Below are positions 21,133 to 31,785 of a DNA stretch of 31,785 bases, piece after piece (the first letter of the stretch is position 1; every line of letters begins with the position of its first letter). Origin of the DNA: Paraphysomonas bandaiensis (Eukaryota; Protista; Chrysophyceae); assembly GCA_965644295.1 (NCBI GenBank), contig CBFFRP010000326.1, positions 1 to 31,785 on the forward strand. The letters are read 5' to 3'. A program made the translations under genes and the position numbers. The notes below the pieces were generated by a model. It saw only the letters and a list, made by a program, of their open reading frames with translations. It was not told where the DNA came from and ran no database searches.

Positions 21133-22640
21133 AATAAGGAGGCTGGAAATAGGGCGAAAAGCTTAAAAAGTAGACAAGGGACGATACTCTATATCTTCTT
21201 ATCCCTATTTAAAATTGTAGCTTTTCCTCATGATGCTTGTTGACACCTAATATCTGGAATGTGTACTAGTTATATGTAGCTTGCTTGCCGTACCCTCAAC
21301 AAAGTCGGACTCGCACCTTTTCGTGGTGCTATGGGGGATAATTCGCAAGCATAGATAGCAAATATTGTTCTACTACCCACTCATAGCCGAATGCTTGTGT
21401 GGTACAAGGGACACCAATAAGTGTCACTTGTGTAGACGTCTTTGGGCTCTGACAAATAACAGGCATCTGAGCCTGGGCCCACCTCAAGGACATCCGGGGT
21501 ATTGGGCTGCCTGCTGAAGTCAAGCATCCGGGATGTTCACCTTAAGGACTCAAAAACCCTGAAGTCAGCAGATGTCAGGTATATCAACATTCTGCTTGCT
21601 TACGGCGTTTGCTTTGAGCGATAGAGCGAAGGTGGTTGCACTTTGGTCCATGCAGCGACGCACAAGCAGCATCCATGGTGTTAAATAGTAGGATAATAGA
21701 GTTTGTTCTAGTTAGTTACAGGTAGACGTCTATCTACTAGCTTGACTAGTTTTCTTCTAGCTACTAAACTGGTGCTGATTCTTAACGCATATTGCTAATA
21801 ATAAGACTTTCAATATTGCTTGCCGTAGAAAGAAATTGGATTTCCCTAATTGAATATTAAGAAATCAATGGTATATATACTGCATGCCAACAAGGGAATA
21901 GTGATTTCACTTGATCAACTCAAAACAATAAACCCCCAAATTATTATAATGGCTACAACAAGTTTACTTTTACCACAGAAGTATACTAGGGGAATTGCAA
22001 ATGCAAGGTGTTGAAATTCGTACACAGGTGTGATGATGAATGCGAAAAGTTGTAGTCGCAAGAGACTTCTTTTATTGAATAAAATTAGATCACTACGTTA
22101 TCACATTCGTATACAACACGCTTAACCTCTGCTAGTACACTGATTGGAATAACGTGTGCATATTATGAGGTACATAACATCCTGATTAGCCCTATATGAA
22201 CCAAATCCTGAAAGAATTGGATGCCACTGCCCCTACTAGACACTAGCCACTAGCCACCTATACAGCACCAGATATGGCATTTCAACTCTCCTGTAATATT
22301 CTTGAAGTTACTACGAAGTTCTGGTTATGCAGATAAATTGCTTGTACTGACATCATTATTATCTTTCACTCTTTCACATAGACGACGGAGCGATGGAATA
22401 TAACTTGGAGTGCTTGATAATATGCTTTGGCGCATCACTGTGATTTTCTATAATTGTGTAATATAATGAAATCACATACATATGACTCTCAATATCATAA
22501 TTAATAATTACAACAGAAGAGAGTTTCTGATGAACCGAATATTGAAGTTGGATGTCTATATTTGCCCGATACTGATATAAGCGTTATGTTGAGCACAATT
22601 CTCGAAAAAAGCTTGTTTTAGATAAAATGGAGATATAGTT
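21133..22640 (+). repeat. Diverged arm of the hairpin/foldback repeat family, interrupted by a retroelement insertion
   Basis: Begins ataaggaggct..agggcgaaaagc..gggacgatactc. ~21910-22060 matches ~31360-31520, and ~22200-22635 matches ~23095-23445 plus the ...aaaatggRgata end. Confidence 0.75.
21293..21815 (+). mobile_element. Non-autonomous retroelement, copy 2, with a perfect 12-bp target-site duplication
   Basis: ttgcttgccgta at 21281-21292 and 21816-21827. Starts CCCTCAAC, as copy 1 does; ends gactttcaata; lacks ~35 bp of the 5' head. Confidence 0.9.
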
Positions 22641-22642
22641 AT

Positions 22643-23950
22643 ATTTAACCACGGGCAATAAGGAGGCTATATCATCGTCCCGCGCTCAAAATTTTGAAAC
22701 GAGGGCGAAAAGCCCGAGTTTTAAAATTTAGACAGGGACGATACTCCTTTTCCCTAGGTTAAATTGTAGCTTATCCTCATGACGTTGAAAAGTTAATATA
22801 TATTAGATTGTATAGCTATTTGTAGCATGCTTGCTGTATTAAGAAATAGATGTTCCTTGAATAACATTAATAACACAAATGAAAACTCACATAGTTTCAA
22901 ATGAATGATATGTATACTGTAAGTGTGATGATAAATGTAAACAGTTGAAGATGAAAGAGAGGCTTCTTATTGCCTTAATTAGCATCATCATCACATTTAT
23001 ATACACAGCAGGCTTTACCTCTGCAAGTGAACCTGATCGAAGGATGTGTGTATGATATGAGACACACAATATCCTGAGAAGCATGATATGGCTCCAACCC
23101 TGAAAGAACTGGGTGCCACTGCTCCTAACCACCTATATAGCATCAGATATGGTACTTAAACTCTCCTGTAATATTCTTGAAGTTTCGAAGTCCTGGATAT
23201 GAAGACAGATCACTTGCACTGACATCGTTGTGATCTTATACAGCAGTCGAAGGATGAAATATAACCTGGAGTTAGATGATCTGCTCTTGATATGTGGCTC
23301 ATGATTGTGGTTTCTCTATAATTGTGTACTATAATGAAATCACGTACATTCGACAGTCATTATCATAATGAAGATAGAAGTGAGCTTCTGTTCAACCGAA
23401 TATTGAAGTTGAATGTCTATATTTGCCCGGTGCTGATATGAGCGCCCTAAGTAAACATTATGCACACGTGGGAATTTTACGATATTTTGGGAAATTTAGG
23501 AGTATTTACAGTATTTAAGTAGAAATGTTAAAGAAACAATTCTATTTGTGGTATTAGGGTTAGAGACAACAAAAAATATTAATTTTATTATAATTTTAAG
23601 TCTCATATGATGTATCAGAAGCGCCTTTTTGCTTACCAACAACCACGTTATCTGCCCTCATACTACCACTGTCAACCCATTGATCATCATGATGCCAGCA
23701 GTCATTGCCCTACTCGTAGCTACATTGTTTCTAGCCACTTGTGATTTAAATATACAACTTACGAACGATCATGAATACATTACATCATATAACTTTCCTT
23801 TCACTGTATGAACAACACACACTAAGTCCATGAATATTTATCACTTTCTCACTCAATTGAACTGTAGCTCACCCCATTGCCATCATGTTGAGCCCAAATC
23901 AGGTCAAAAAAAACATTTTTTGAGACAAAATGGGGATAAAGTCATATCGT
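22643..23950 (+). repeat. Hairpin plus long arm of the foldback repeat family; inverted relative to 30343-31080
   Basis: Hairpin 22661-22748 (atcgtccc..aaattttgaaac..gggc-gaaaa-gccc..gttttaaaattt..gggacgat). 22735-23448 is the reverse complement of 30406-31080, and 23887-23939 of 30353-30405. Confidence 0.85.
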
Positions 23951-24312
23951 ATATCGTTTTACTCTTTTTTATCATCATAGTTCCTATTGCCTATGTAATA
24001 TGCAAGGCACTATGCTACTACGATGTCTATTATATCCGAGATTTATGTAATTTTGCGATAAAGCAAGCCAATAAGATCCCTCACAATGGTTAGAATAAAA
24101 AACGAGATTTTTAGCGTTGTATAATATGCATATACACTGATACACTGTACTTCTTTGACTCTACAAATGTGGTATAACACAAAAGTAGTTCAATACAGAA
24201 ACGCAGTCTTTACAAAAATTCAAGATACCAAAACACATATAATGTGACACACTCTACTATATGTAAATGCATTCACAGTCGATTACACTCTACGATGCAC
24301 GCTATTTCATTT

Positions 24313-26446
24313 CTAAGACATCGGATACACCTTGGACATACATCTGTTGAACATTTCACTTAGTGACCAGCCATTTCTAGCTTTGGAATGTACTGGACGA
24401 GGCTTGAAAGCATTAGTAGGGAACATCTCGGACAAAGTCAATTCAAGGTCGACAACATCCAGTGGTTTCTTTATGACAGTGCTGAACCCCACTGCTTTGG
24501 TGTCCATAACATCTGCCTCATGAATGAAATCCTCTAGGTGGCTATAGGGCGGTAGCACCCCTATAAATACTGTACTCTCAAAAGCAGTAGGAAGACACTG
24601 TCGGGTGGTGGTCGAAAGTGAGGTAACCAAACGTTGTGTGCCTAATTCAGGTAAGCTCATTATCTCTGTCATCATCTGCACGCCATGCATGGTAGGCATC
24701 TGAAGATCGACAAACACCACATCATATTTACAGTGATAATTTTTGGAAACAGTATCACCACAAACAAGGCATTCTTTTAGGCTTAATAAGCCCAAAAGCC
24801 CATTCGTTGCACTGGATACCTCACAGTTGTGCATTTCCAGGATATTGGTAAGTTTATTGATGAAGTCCCTGCTGTCGTCCACAATCAATACCTTAAGGGG
24901 GGGGAAATTCTTGACAGGCATGTGTACAACAGATAATTCATGAGATAGCGAGGTTAAAGGTTGATTCACACTGCAGGGCACCCAAAAATCAAATCTAGCA
25001 GACTGTACATTGTCATCCCACTCCAATGTCATGTTTCCCCCAACAGTGCGGAGGACCCTCCACTGATCCGCCACTACTGTATCATCAAGTTGTATTTTGC
25101 TCTCATACGAAGATGACAGCAAATCCATCATATCACTGAATACTGACTTAAAGACAGACACTTTCAGCGCCCCCTCTGCACAACTGATACGTACCAACAT
25201 CAACTTTCGAACTTCACTCCAGTGCAGCTTCACAGTTACCACACTCCTCGGCACACCGCGGTGCAGTGACTCCAGCATCTGGCATATCTTTCCCAATACT
25301 ATAACTAGCAGCAAATCCGGGTAAGTTATGCATTGAGGGTTTTTCAATCGGGTAGAATCATCGAATTCAAACGATACGCCAAGTAGAGAAACAATGCACC
25401 GCAACTTATCAATTAGGACAGATATCTCACATTTTACTGCACCGTCAAAACTGTCAGATCTGCCAGACTCAGACTGAAACGGTAGGTCTTTCACCATCAG
25501 CAAGCAACTCTCCACAACATTATGCAGAAACGAGATTTGAGTGTCAATATCTGTCAGAAGACGTATGACAGAAGTTTTCACTTCCTCATTAATTCCAGAT
25601 CGCGCGGTCATCACCTCAGCAAGGAAGTTCTCGCTAGCAAGGGAAATATTTGCGATGGGGGTCTTGAGGTTATGCGTCAGGCGAAGCAAGCCAAGGTTAC
25701 GTTGGCTCTGGCGCATATCCTCATTGAAATACGCTTGAGTCATATGTAGTGCTTGATCCCGCTGGAGGGATATGAGTGTTGAAACGAAGGCTGAAAGGTC
25801 TTGTAAATCCTGCTTTTGAGCAAGAGTGAATTCGGACCACGGTTTGGTATCAATCATACATAGTGTTCCTATTTTAACGCCATCAACTATCAGTGCGGCG
25901 CCCGCATAAAACCTTAAATGCTGCGGACCAGTCACAAGATCATTGTCTGAAAAGTAAGGATCTTTACTAAGATCAAGGACTACCATCACATCAGAAGTTT
26001 GTGGCAAACAAGCGTAGGAACACGCGGCTAAATTTCGGGGAATTTCAGCTTCATTAAGCCCAACGCGAGATTTCAACCACACCCGATTTACATCTAGTAG
26101 TGATATCACACATGTAGGAGCCTGCGATAGATATGAAATTCAAGGAGAATATATACGAAAATAAACATCACATACATCAAACAAACGAAGCGCCATTGCT
26201 GTGTATCGATCAAAATTAGGGTCCCTGAACACTCAGTTAGAACACATGTCGTCTGTAGGGAGCAATGAGTTACTTGTCGTTGGAGTCTAGCAGCTGACTC
26301 TCTCTCAGTACTTCAAGTCTGTGAGATTCATTCAACGGAAGTGGTACAGAGAGTTGACTGTTTCAGTCGTTAGTGACGTACAGACGTGATGAGATCACTC
26401 ACCTCAACAGACAAGCATCACTGTTGCCGCAATACTTAATCGGCAT
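24313..26446 (-). CDS. Cytosolic hybrid histidine kinase-like protein: GAF - HisKA - degenerate HATPase - receiver
   Basis: Three short 5' exons (MPIKYCG..., PLPLNESHRLEVLRESQLLDS, DPNFDRYTAMALRLFD) splice to the long ORF. GAF motif LRFYAGAALIVDGVKIGTLCMIDTKP; H-box THNLKTP; receiver VLIVDDS / FVDLQMPTMHG / KKPL. No N, G1 or G2 box is recognisable. Confidence 0.88.
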
Positions 26447-27018
26447 GACTGAATGAACTGAATATACACAGCTAAACACAGATAACAGAGAAGATAACAC
26501 AATAGGGCTCTGTAAGGGGCATGTCACAGTACGCTTACTTCACGGTCACTGTAGATTTCATAGTGGTATGGATGAGCTGCTTGTTCTAGACATCTAGACA
26601 TATGTGGAATCAGTGGTGGAAGAACAAGTGTGGACAGCACCAGCAGCAGGAATTCTTATCGTCTCTGGCAGCCCCGAAGAGGAGGAAAAGGGCAGAATAC
26701 ATATGGGGACTTCAAGTCGAGAAACTCCATATGAATTCTACGACATATCTTGACAGTACGACGTATACCGAGTATATACAGTAGGTTTCTGCCTGTCCAA
26801 CTTCACACTTGTTTTTTATACTAGTGCGACGGGAACAACATACGACGATCTCATAGTCAGATGAGCGCAGTGTGATACATCGTCCCCGCTGTACAGAGTC
26901 CAGTACCATAACGTTCATAGCTGAGAATAGACATACTTGTATATGAGATCACTCTTCGTGTATCTTTCAATCCCATCCTGTACAACATGTTAGGCTTTCT
27001 ATACCGAACCACAGCTGA

Positions 27019-30000
27019 ATGAGAAAGCATTCCAGTTCAATGCAGCATGTGGTGCACAAGAACAATCTGTTCTACCCGCGTCTCGTGGTGGGAGCCTTCC
27101 TTATGATGCTGTGTGTGTTCGGCGGATACATATCATACACACTCTCTGCCAGTAATGAGGAGGATGTGCTGCACTCTCAATACACGAACTCAGCCCGTCA
27201 GCTTCAGTTCACTATTCTGGACGATGTTAACTCCAAGATATCGATTCTGCGCACTCTTGTAGCGGTCGTGACGATCAATTGTAACGATGCCTCGAAGTGG
27301 CCTAACTGTGCTGTCCCAATGAAGAACTTCTTGAACTATGCTGATCCTATGGTGGAGACGACAAAGAGTCGGACGATACAGTATGCTCCTTTGGTGCTCC
27401 CTGAGGAGGTGGACTCGTTTGAAGACTTTGCATATGATTTCTACGAGGCGAGCGGATATAATGAATTGGGGGTGTCTAGTATAGGGAGAGGTATTCACGC
27501 AGTGAATGCAACCAGCGGAGAGCGGTATCACTGCACGGTGCCGGTACCAGGGGTTGTGTATGATGTGCTCTTTCCCATATTTGAAACTGGAGCATTGGAC
27601 CTCAATCTGAATGCCATAATGTATAATGTATATTCAGAAGAAAAAAGTGCTGTCGCCATTGAAGCTATGTTGGACTGCACATATGCGGCCATCAATGCAG
27701 GGGAGCTTTCTGCCTTGGACATAGGTAACACATGTTCCAGTATCACTGATGTGATCAAGCTGACACAGGTTAGTGGCCAAGATAAATATTCCACAACATA
27801 TGTTATAGAAAATTATAATACAGGATAACGAGTTCAACCCCGGTGTGGTGTTACGATACCCTATTATAGTTCCGACAAACTCATCTAACTCGTCATCACC
27901 ATTGAAACTAGTTGGTCTAGTAGCAATGGTTCATAACTGGAACACGGCGCTTACGCGCAGCACCTGTGATTCTGAACTTCGTGTAGTGGTGTCAAATCAG
28001 AACGGGGCATGGTCCTTTTCATTGGAGTGTCAAACTGCAGTTTATTTACAAGAAGGGAACAAACACAACTCCGCGTATAGTTCTATGGGTCGAACCTTTC
28101 CCTTACCCCCATTTAAAGGCGGCGTCTCTTACCAAGTTTCCATATACCCCACTCGGTCTCTCGTTGAAGAATTTCGCTCCAATGGGCCTGTGTATGTGTG
28201 CGTAATAACGGTTGCTGTCATCCTTCTGACCAGTGCTGTTTTTATGTCATATGATCACTTTGTGAGAGGAGAGGTGCGGAAAAAAGAGGAAGCGAAGACC
28301 AATTTCGTCCGTTTCATATCTCATGAGATGCGGTCCCCAATGAATACTGTCTCACTTGGACTTAAATTGCTGTACGATCAACTGTGCCATGTAATGTCAA
28401 TGTACCCCACACCGCCTGGAATTTTTGAAAACGACGATGGCACCCCTCCTTCCTTGGAGGTGGCAATCCCTGCAAATGTTATTCAAGAATGGAAAGAATT
28501 GGTCAGTGCAATTGAAGATGGATCAGATGCGGCCGTAGATGTTCTGAATTCCCTAATAAATTACGACAATATTGCGGCTGGAGTGGTACTCGTCAAGACT
28601 ACCCAGTTGAATCTGTGGCAACTGGTTCAACACTGTGTAGAGCTGCATGAAATGGAAGCTATTGAGTTGGATGTTTCATTGAGGTTGGATATGGCAATCA
28701 CTCGCGCAAATGTGGGAGGGTCGAAGCGGAAGTATCTTGCAAATCTACTGTGCATGGGCGATGAGACGAAGCTCAATACAGTTGTCAAGAATTTCATATC
28801 GAATTCGTTGAAGTATACCCCACCTGGTGGCGCAATTTTAGTTACAGGTATGAAACGACTGCCCGGTTTCAGTGTCTGCGTTGTGTACATGATGTTAAAA
28901 CTGTATTTCGTCTTAGTTTCTTGCAAAGAAGTATTTCCCCTGAAAATATAGATCTTTATATCGTATATGGTTGTTTTTTCCGTTGTCGTGAAATGCTTTT
29001 GAGGAGCATGTTCCGTTTCTCGTGATGTGGTATAATTGTTTTGATGCAGTTGATTGGAAAGAGGCGGGCCTCCCGTATGTGGCTTCTGTCGAGAAAGATA
29101 TGCTAAGAGCTGGCTCTATTGTGATTCGCTTTATTGATAATGGCGTGGGTATGAAAATAGAAACTCTGCAGCATTTGTTTCGTGATGATGAGCACATTCG
29201 AATCAAGTCTGATCACTCTGGGCAAGGCACTGGGCTCGGTCTCCGTATATCCAAGGCTATAGTTGAGATGCATGGGGGCCTGATATCGGGAAAATCTGAT
29301 GGCACTGATAGAGGGTGTGTATTCACTGTTGAGCTCCCAGTGCAAGTACACAAGAACATGAGAGACTTATCGCTGCTGGAGCAAGAGGAGGACGCTCCTT
29401 TTGACATTGAAGATATTCCGTGTGAGGAGGAGTGCTTAAGCCCATCAGCTCTCACTCTGTCGTCATTTGAAACTAATAATATACGCACTTCTCAGCTAGC
29501 AGCAGCCATAGACATCTTACACGATTCAGCTAATGGAGATTCTGCTGGTCCACATTCTGCCCACCAACCCCGTATATCGACTTATGAAGTATGTAAAGCC
29601 TTTGAGTATGAAGATTTATCCAGTACTCGTAGACAACGTGTATTGGTTGTGGATGACGTTGCTGTATGTCGTAAGGTGCTCATTAAAACCCTCGTTAGGA
29701 GTGGATATGAATGCTATGAGGCGTATGACGGGCAGGACTGTCTGGATCAGTATAATCGTCTGATTGCAATAAATAAACCAGTGGACTTGGTGCTTATGGA
29801 TTACGAAATGCCGCGCATGAATGGGCCCTCTGCAGCCCAGATATTGAGGGAAGGGGGATGCATGGTACCTATTATAGGAGTAACTGGAAATGTTCTGCTT
29901 AAAGACAAAGAAAATTTTTTGTCTCATGGAGCCTCGGCTGTGCTGTTTAAACCTCTTGCACTAGACCACCTGAAGACCACTATTGTAGATTTGAATGGCA

Positions 30001-30023
30001 AATCGAAGGGGAACGAGATATAA
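27019..30023 (+). CDS. Transmembrane hybrid histidine kinase: TM - CHASE-like sensor - TM - HisKA - HATPase_c - receiver
   Basis: Exons 27019-27768, 27824-28847 and 29050-30023 join in frame. Motifs: ISHEMRSPMN, N-box NFISNSLKYT, G1 DNGVGM, G2 GTGLGL, receiver VVDD / LMDYEMPRMNG / GVTGN / KPL; two hydrophobic helices flank the sensor region. Confidence 0.92.
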
Positions 30024-30342
30024 CTTTCGCACTCAGCTAGAGTGTATATTTTGATATAGGCGACTATATGCAGACTACGAATTGTAGACTTGATGCTACG
30101 GTTGTCTATATGGTGTCGATATAGCCACATATCCTTTTTAGAATAGTTGTATTGGGGCACTGTGCCTGGTACAGCCTCTTACGTTTTAGAGTCTACGGAC
30201 ATGGTATTTCTCTGTTCATCGTTTGCGATATATTTTAGCTTTGAGTTTATATTTTAAATAGTAACCGTGGATTTTAGTGGAACAAGGAACTGCACGACGA
30301 TATGTGCCGTATTTTATAGTACAACTGCTATTCGCTAACAAC

Positions 30343-31525
30343 AATATATAGTTATCCCCATTTTGTCTCAAAAAAAGCTTTTTTTTGACCTGATTTTGTC
30401 TCAACAGGGCGCTCATATCAGCACCGGGCAAATATAGACATTCAACTTCAATTTTGGGTTCAACAGAAGCTCACTTCTATCCTAAGTATGATAATGACAG
30501 TCGTATATATGTGATTTCATTATAGTACACACAATTATAGAGAAACCACAATCATGAGTTAAACCATTAGACACTTCAAGTTATATTCCATCCTTCGACT
30601 GCTGTCAGAGCAAGTGATCTGTCTTCATATCCAGGACTTCGAAACAACTTCAAGAACATTACAGGAGACCATATCTGATGCTATATAGGTGGTTAGGAGC
30701 AGTGGCACCCAGTTCTTTCAGGGTTTGAGCCATATCGTGCTTCTCATGATATTGTGTGCCTCATATCATACACGCATCATTCGATCAGATGCACTTGAAA
30801 AGGTAAAGCCTGCTGTATATAAATGTGATGATGATGCTAATTAAGGGAATAAGAAGCCTCTCTTTCACCTTCAACTGTTCACACTCATCATCACACTTAC
30901 AGTATACATATCATTGATTTGAAACTATATGAGTTCTCATTTGTGTTCTTAATGTTAATCAGGGAACATCTATTTCTTTATACAGCAAGCATGCTACAAA
31001 TAGCTATACAATGTAATATTAACTTTTCAACGTCATGAGGATAAGCTACAATTTAACCTAGGGATAAGGAGTATCGTCCCGCGCGCAAAATTTTGAAATG
31101 AGGGTGAACTCCATCAATATTATTGGTGAAACGCTATCTAGCAATTGTATTGCAATATATTGTTCCCTAGTCCTGACTTATTCCTAGGTTAAATTGTAGC
31201 TTGGGTATCCTCATGACGTTGAAGACTTAAGAACATAAGATTGTATAGCTGTAAGCAGCTTGCTTGCTGTAAGAAGAAACAACTGTTCCGTGACTAACAA
31301 TAAGTAAACAAATGAGAACTCATACTGTGTATGCTTAGGACTTAGGGATTAGCAATTGCATTTGATTAATTCAAAACAATAACCCATCAAATTTCTATAA
31401 AATATATAATAACTACAACAAGTTTACTTCTACCACAGAAGGAGACTGAGGGAATAGCAACTGCGATGTGTGGAAATTCGTAAATAAGTGTGATGAGGTA
31501 TGTGAAAACTTGTAGTCGCACAAGA
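30343..31525. repeat. Foldback (long imperfect palindrome) element whose central hairpin is disrupted by a hAT end
   Basis: ~30929-31069 and ~31177-31323 are inverted copies (atgagttctcatttgt / acaaatgagaactcat; caacgtcatgaggata..gctacaatttaacctagg / cctaggttaaattgtagc..tatcctcatgacgttg). Confidence 0.8.
31109..31175 (+). mobile_element. Terminal fragment of the hAT family (as at 1852 and 4221)
   Basis: ctccatcaata.tattg..aacgctatcta..gtattgcaatatattgttccctagtcctg matches 1787-1852. Confidence 0.8.
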
Positions 31526-31785
31526 GGAACTGAATTCACCATTGTGTAACTAAATTCACCCTTTTACAACTATATGGGTTGATTTCACATATATTACCTA
31601 TGTACCTATATACCTCGCAGTTGCTATTCCCTCCAGTATCCTTTCTTCGCAGTGAAGGTATTGCTGCTGGTGCTACAAATAAATAAGGAATTAATTTATA
31701 CACAGCGCCACTCTCTTTAAAAAGTAGCTACCATTGATTTAAGATATATATATATTATTACTTTTAGCCGAACTTTTTTACTTTT

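Noticed and set aside
7885-29927. Many 60-130 aa ORFs antisense or off-frame to the six host genes
   Set aside because: Shadow ORFs with no recognisable motifs, overlapping well-supported exons.

Overview
Eukaryotic genomic DNA with many short (~45-130 nt) spliceosomal introns. The gene set and sensor domains suggest a stramenopile protist, possibly a chrysophyte (inference). From left to right: (1) 1-~1450 is an AT-rich, intronless block that looks like the end of an endogenous Polinton-like virus or virophage. It holds a penton (minor capsid)-like ORF missing from the ORF track, a small basic ORF, a 14-bp start motif shared by both, and an oriented array of 12-bp repeats. (2) ~1550-6570 is a nest of transposable elements: hAT-type non-autonomous elements, a decayed RNase H + CCHC LINE, and a ~0.5-kb non-autonomous retroelement that shares the LINE 3' end, has a fixed 5' start and may carry an HDV-like ribozyme. 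(3) Host genes: a myristoylated EF-hand protein, a DIX-like + NAK/STK16 kinase, RFC1, and a UBE3A/HERC-like HECT ligase. (4) A head-to-head pair of hybrid histidine kinases (one with a degenerate ATPase domain, one intact), enclosed by inverted copies of a hairpin-centred foldback repeat. Everything was read by eye; no database search or folding program was run.
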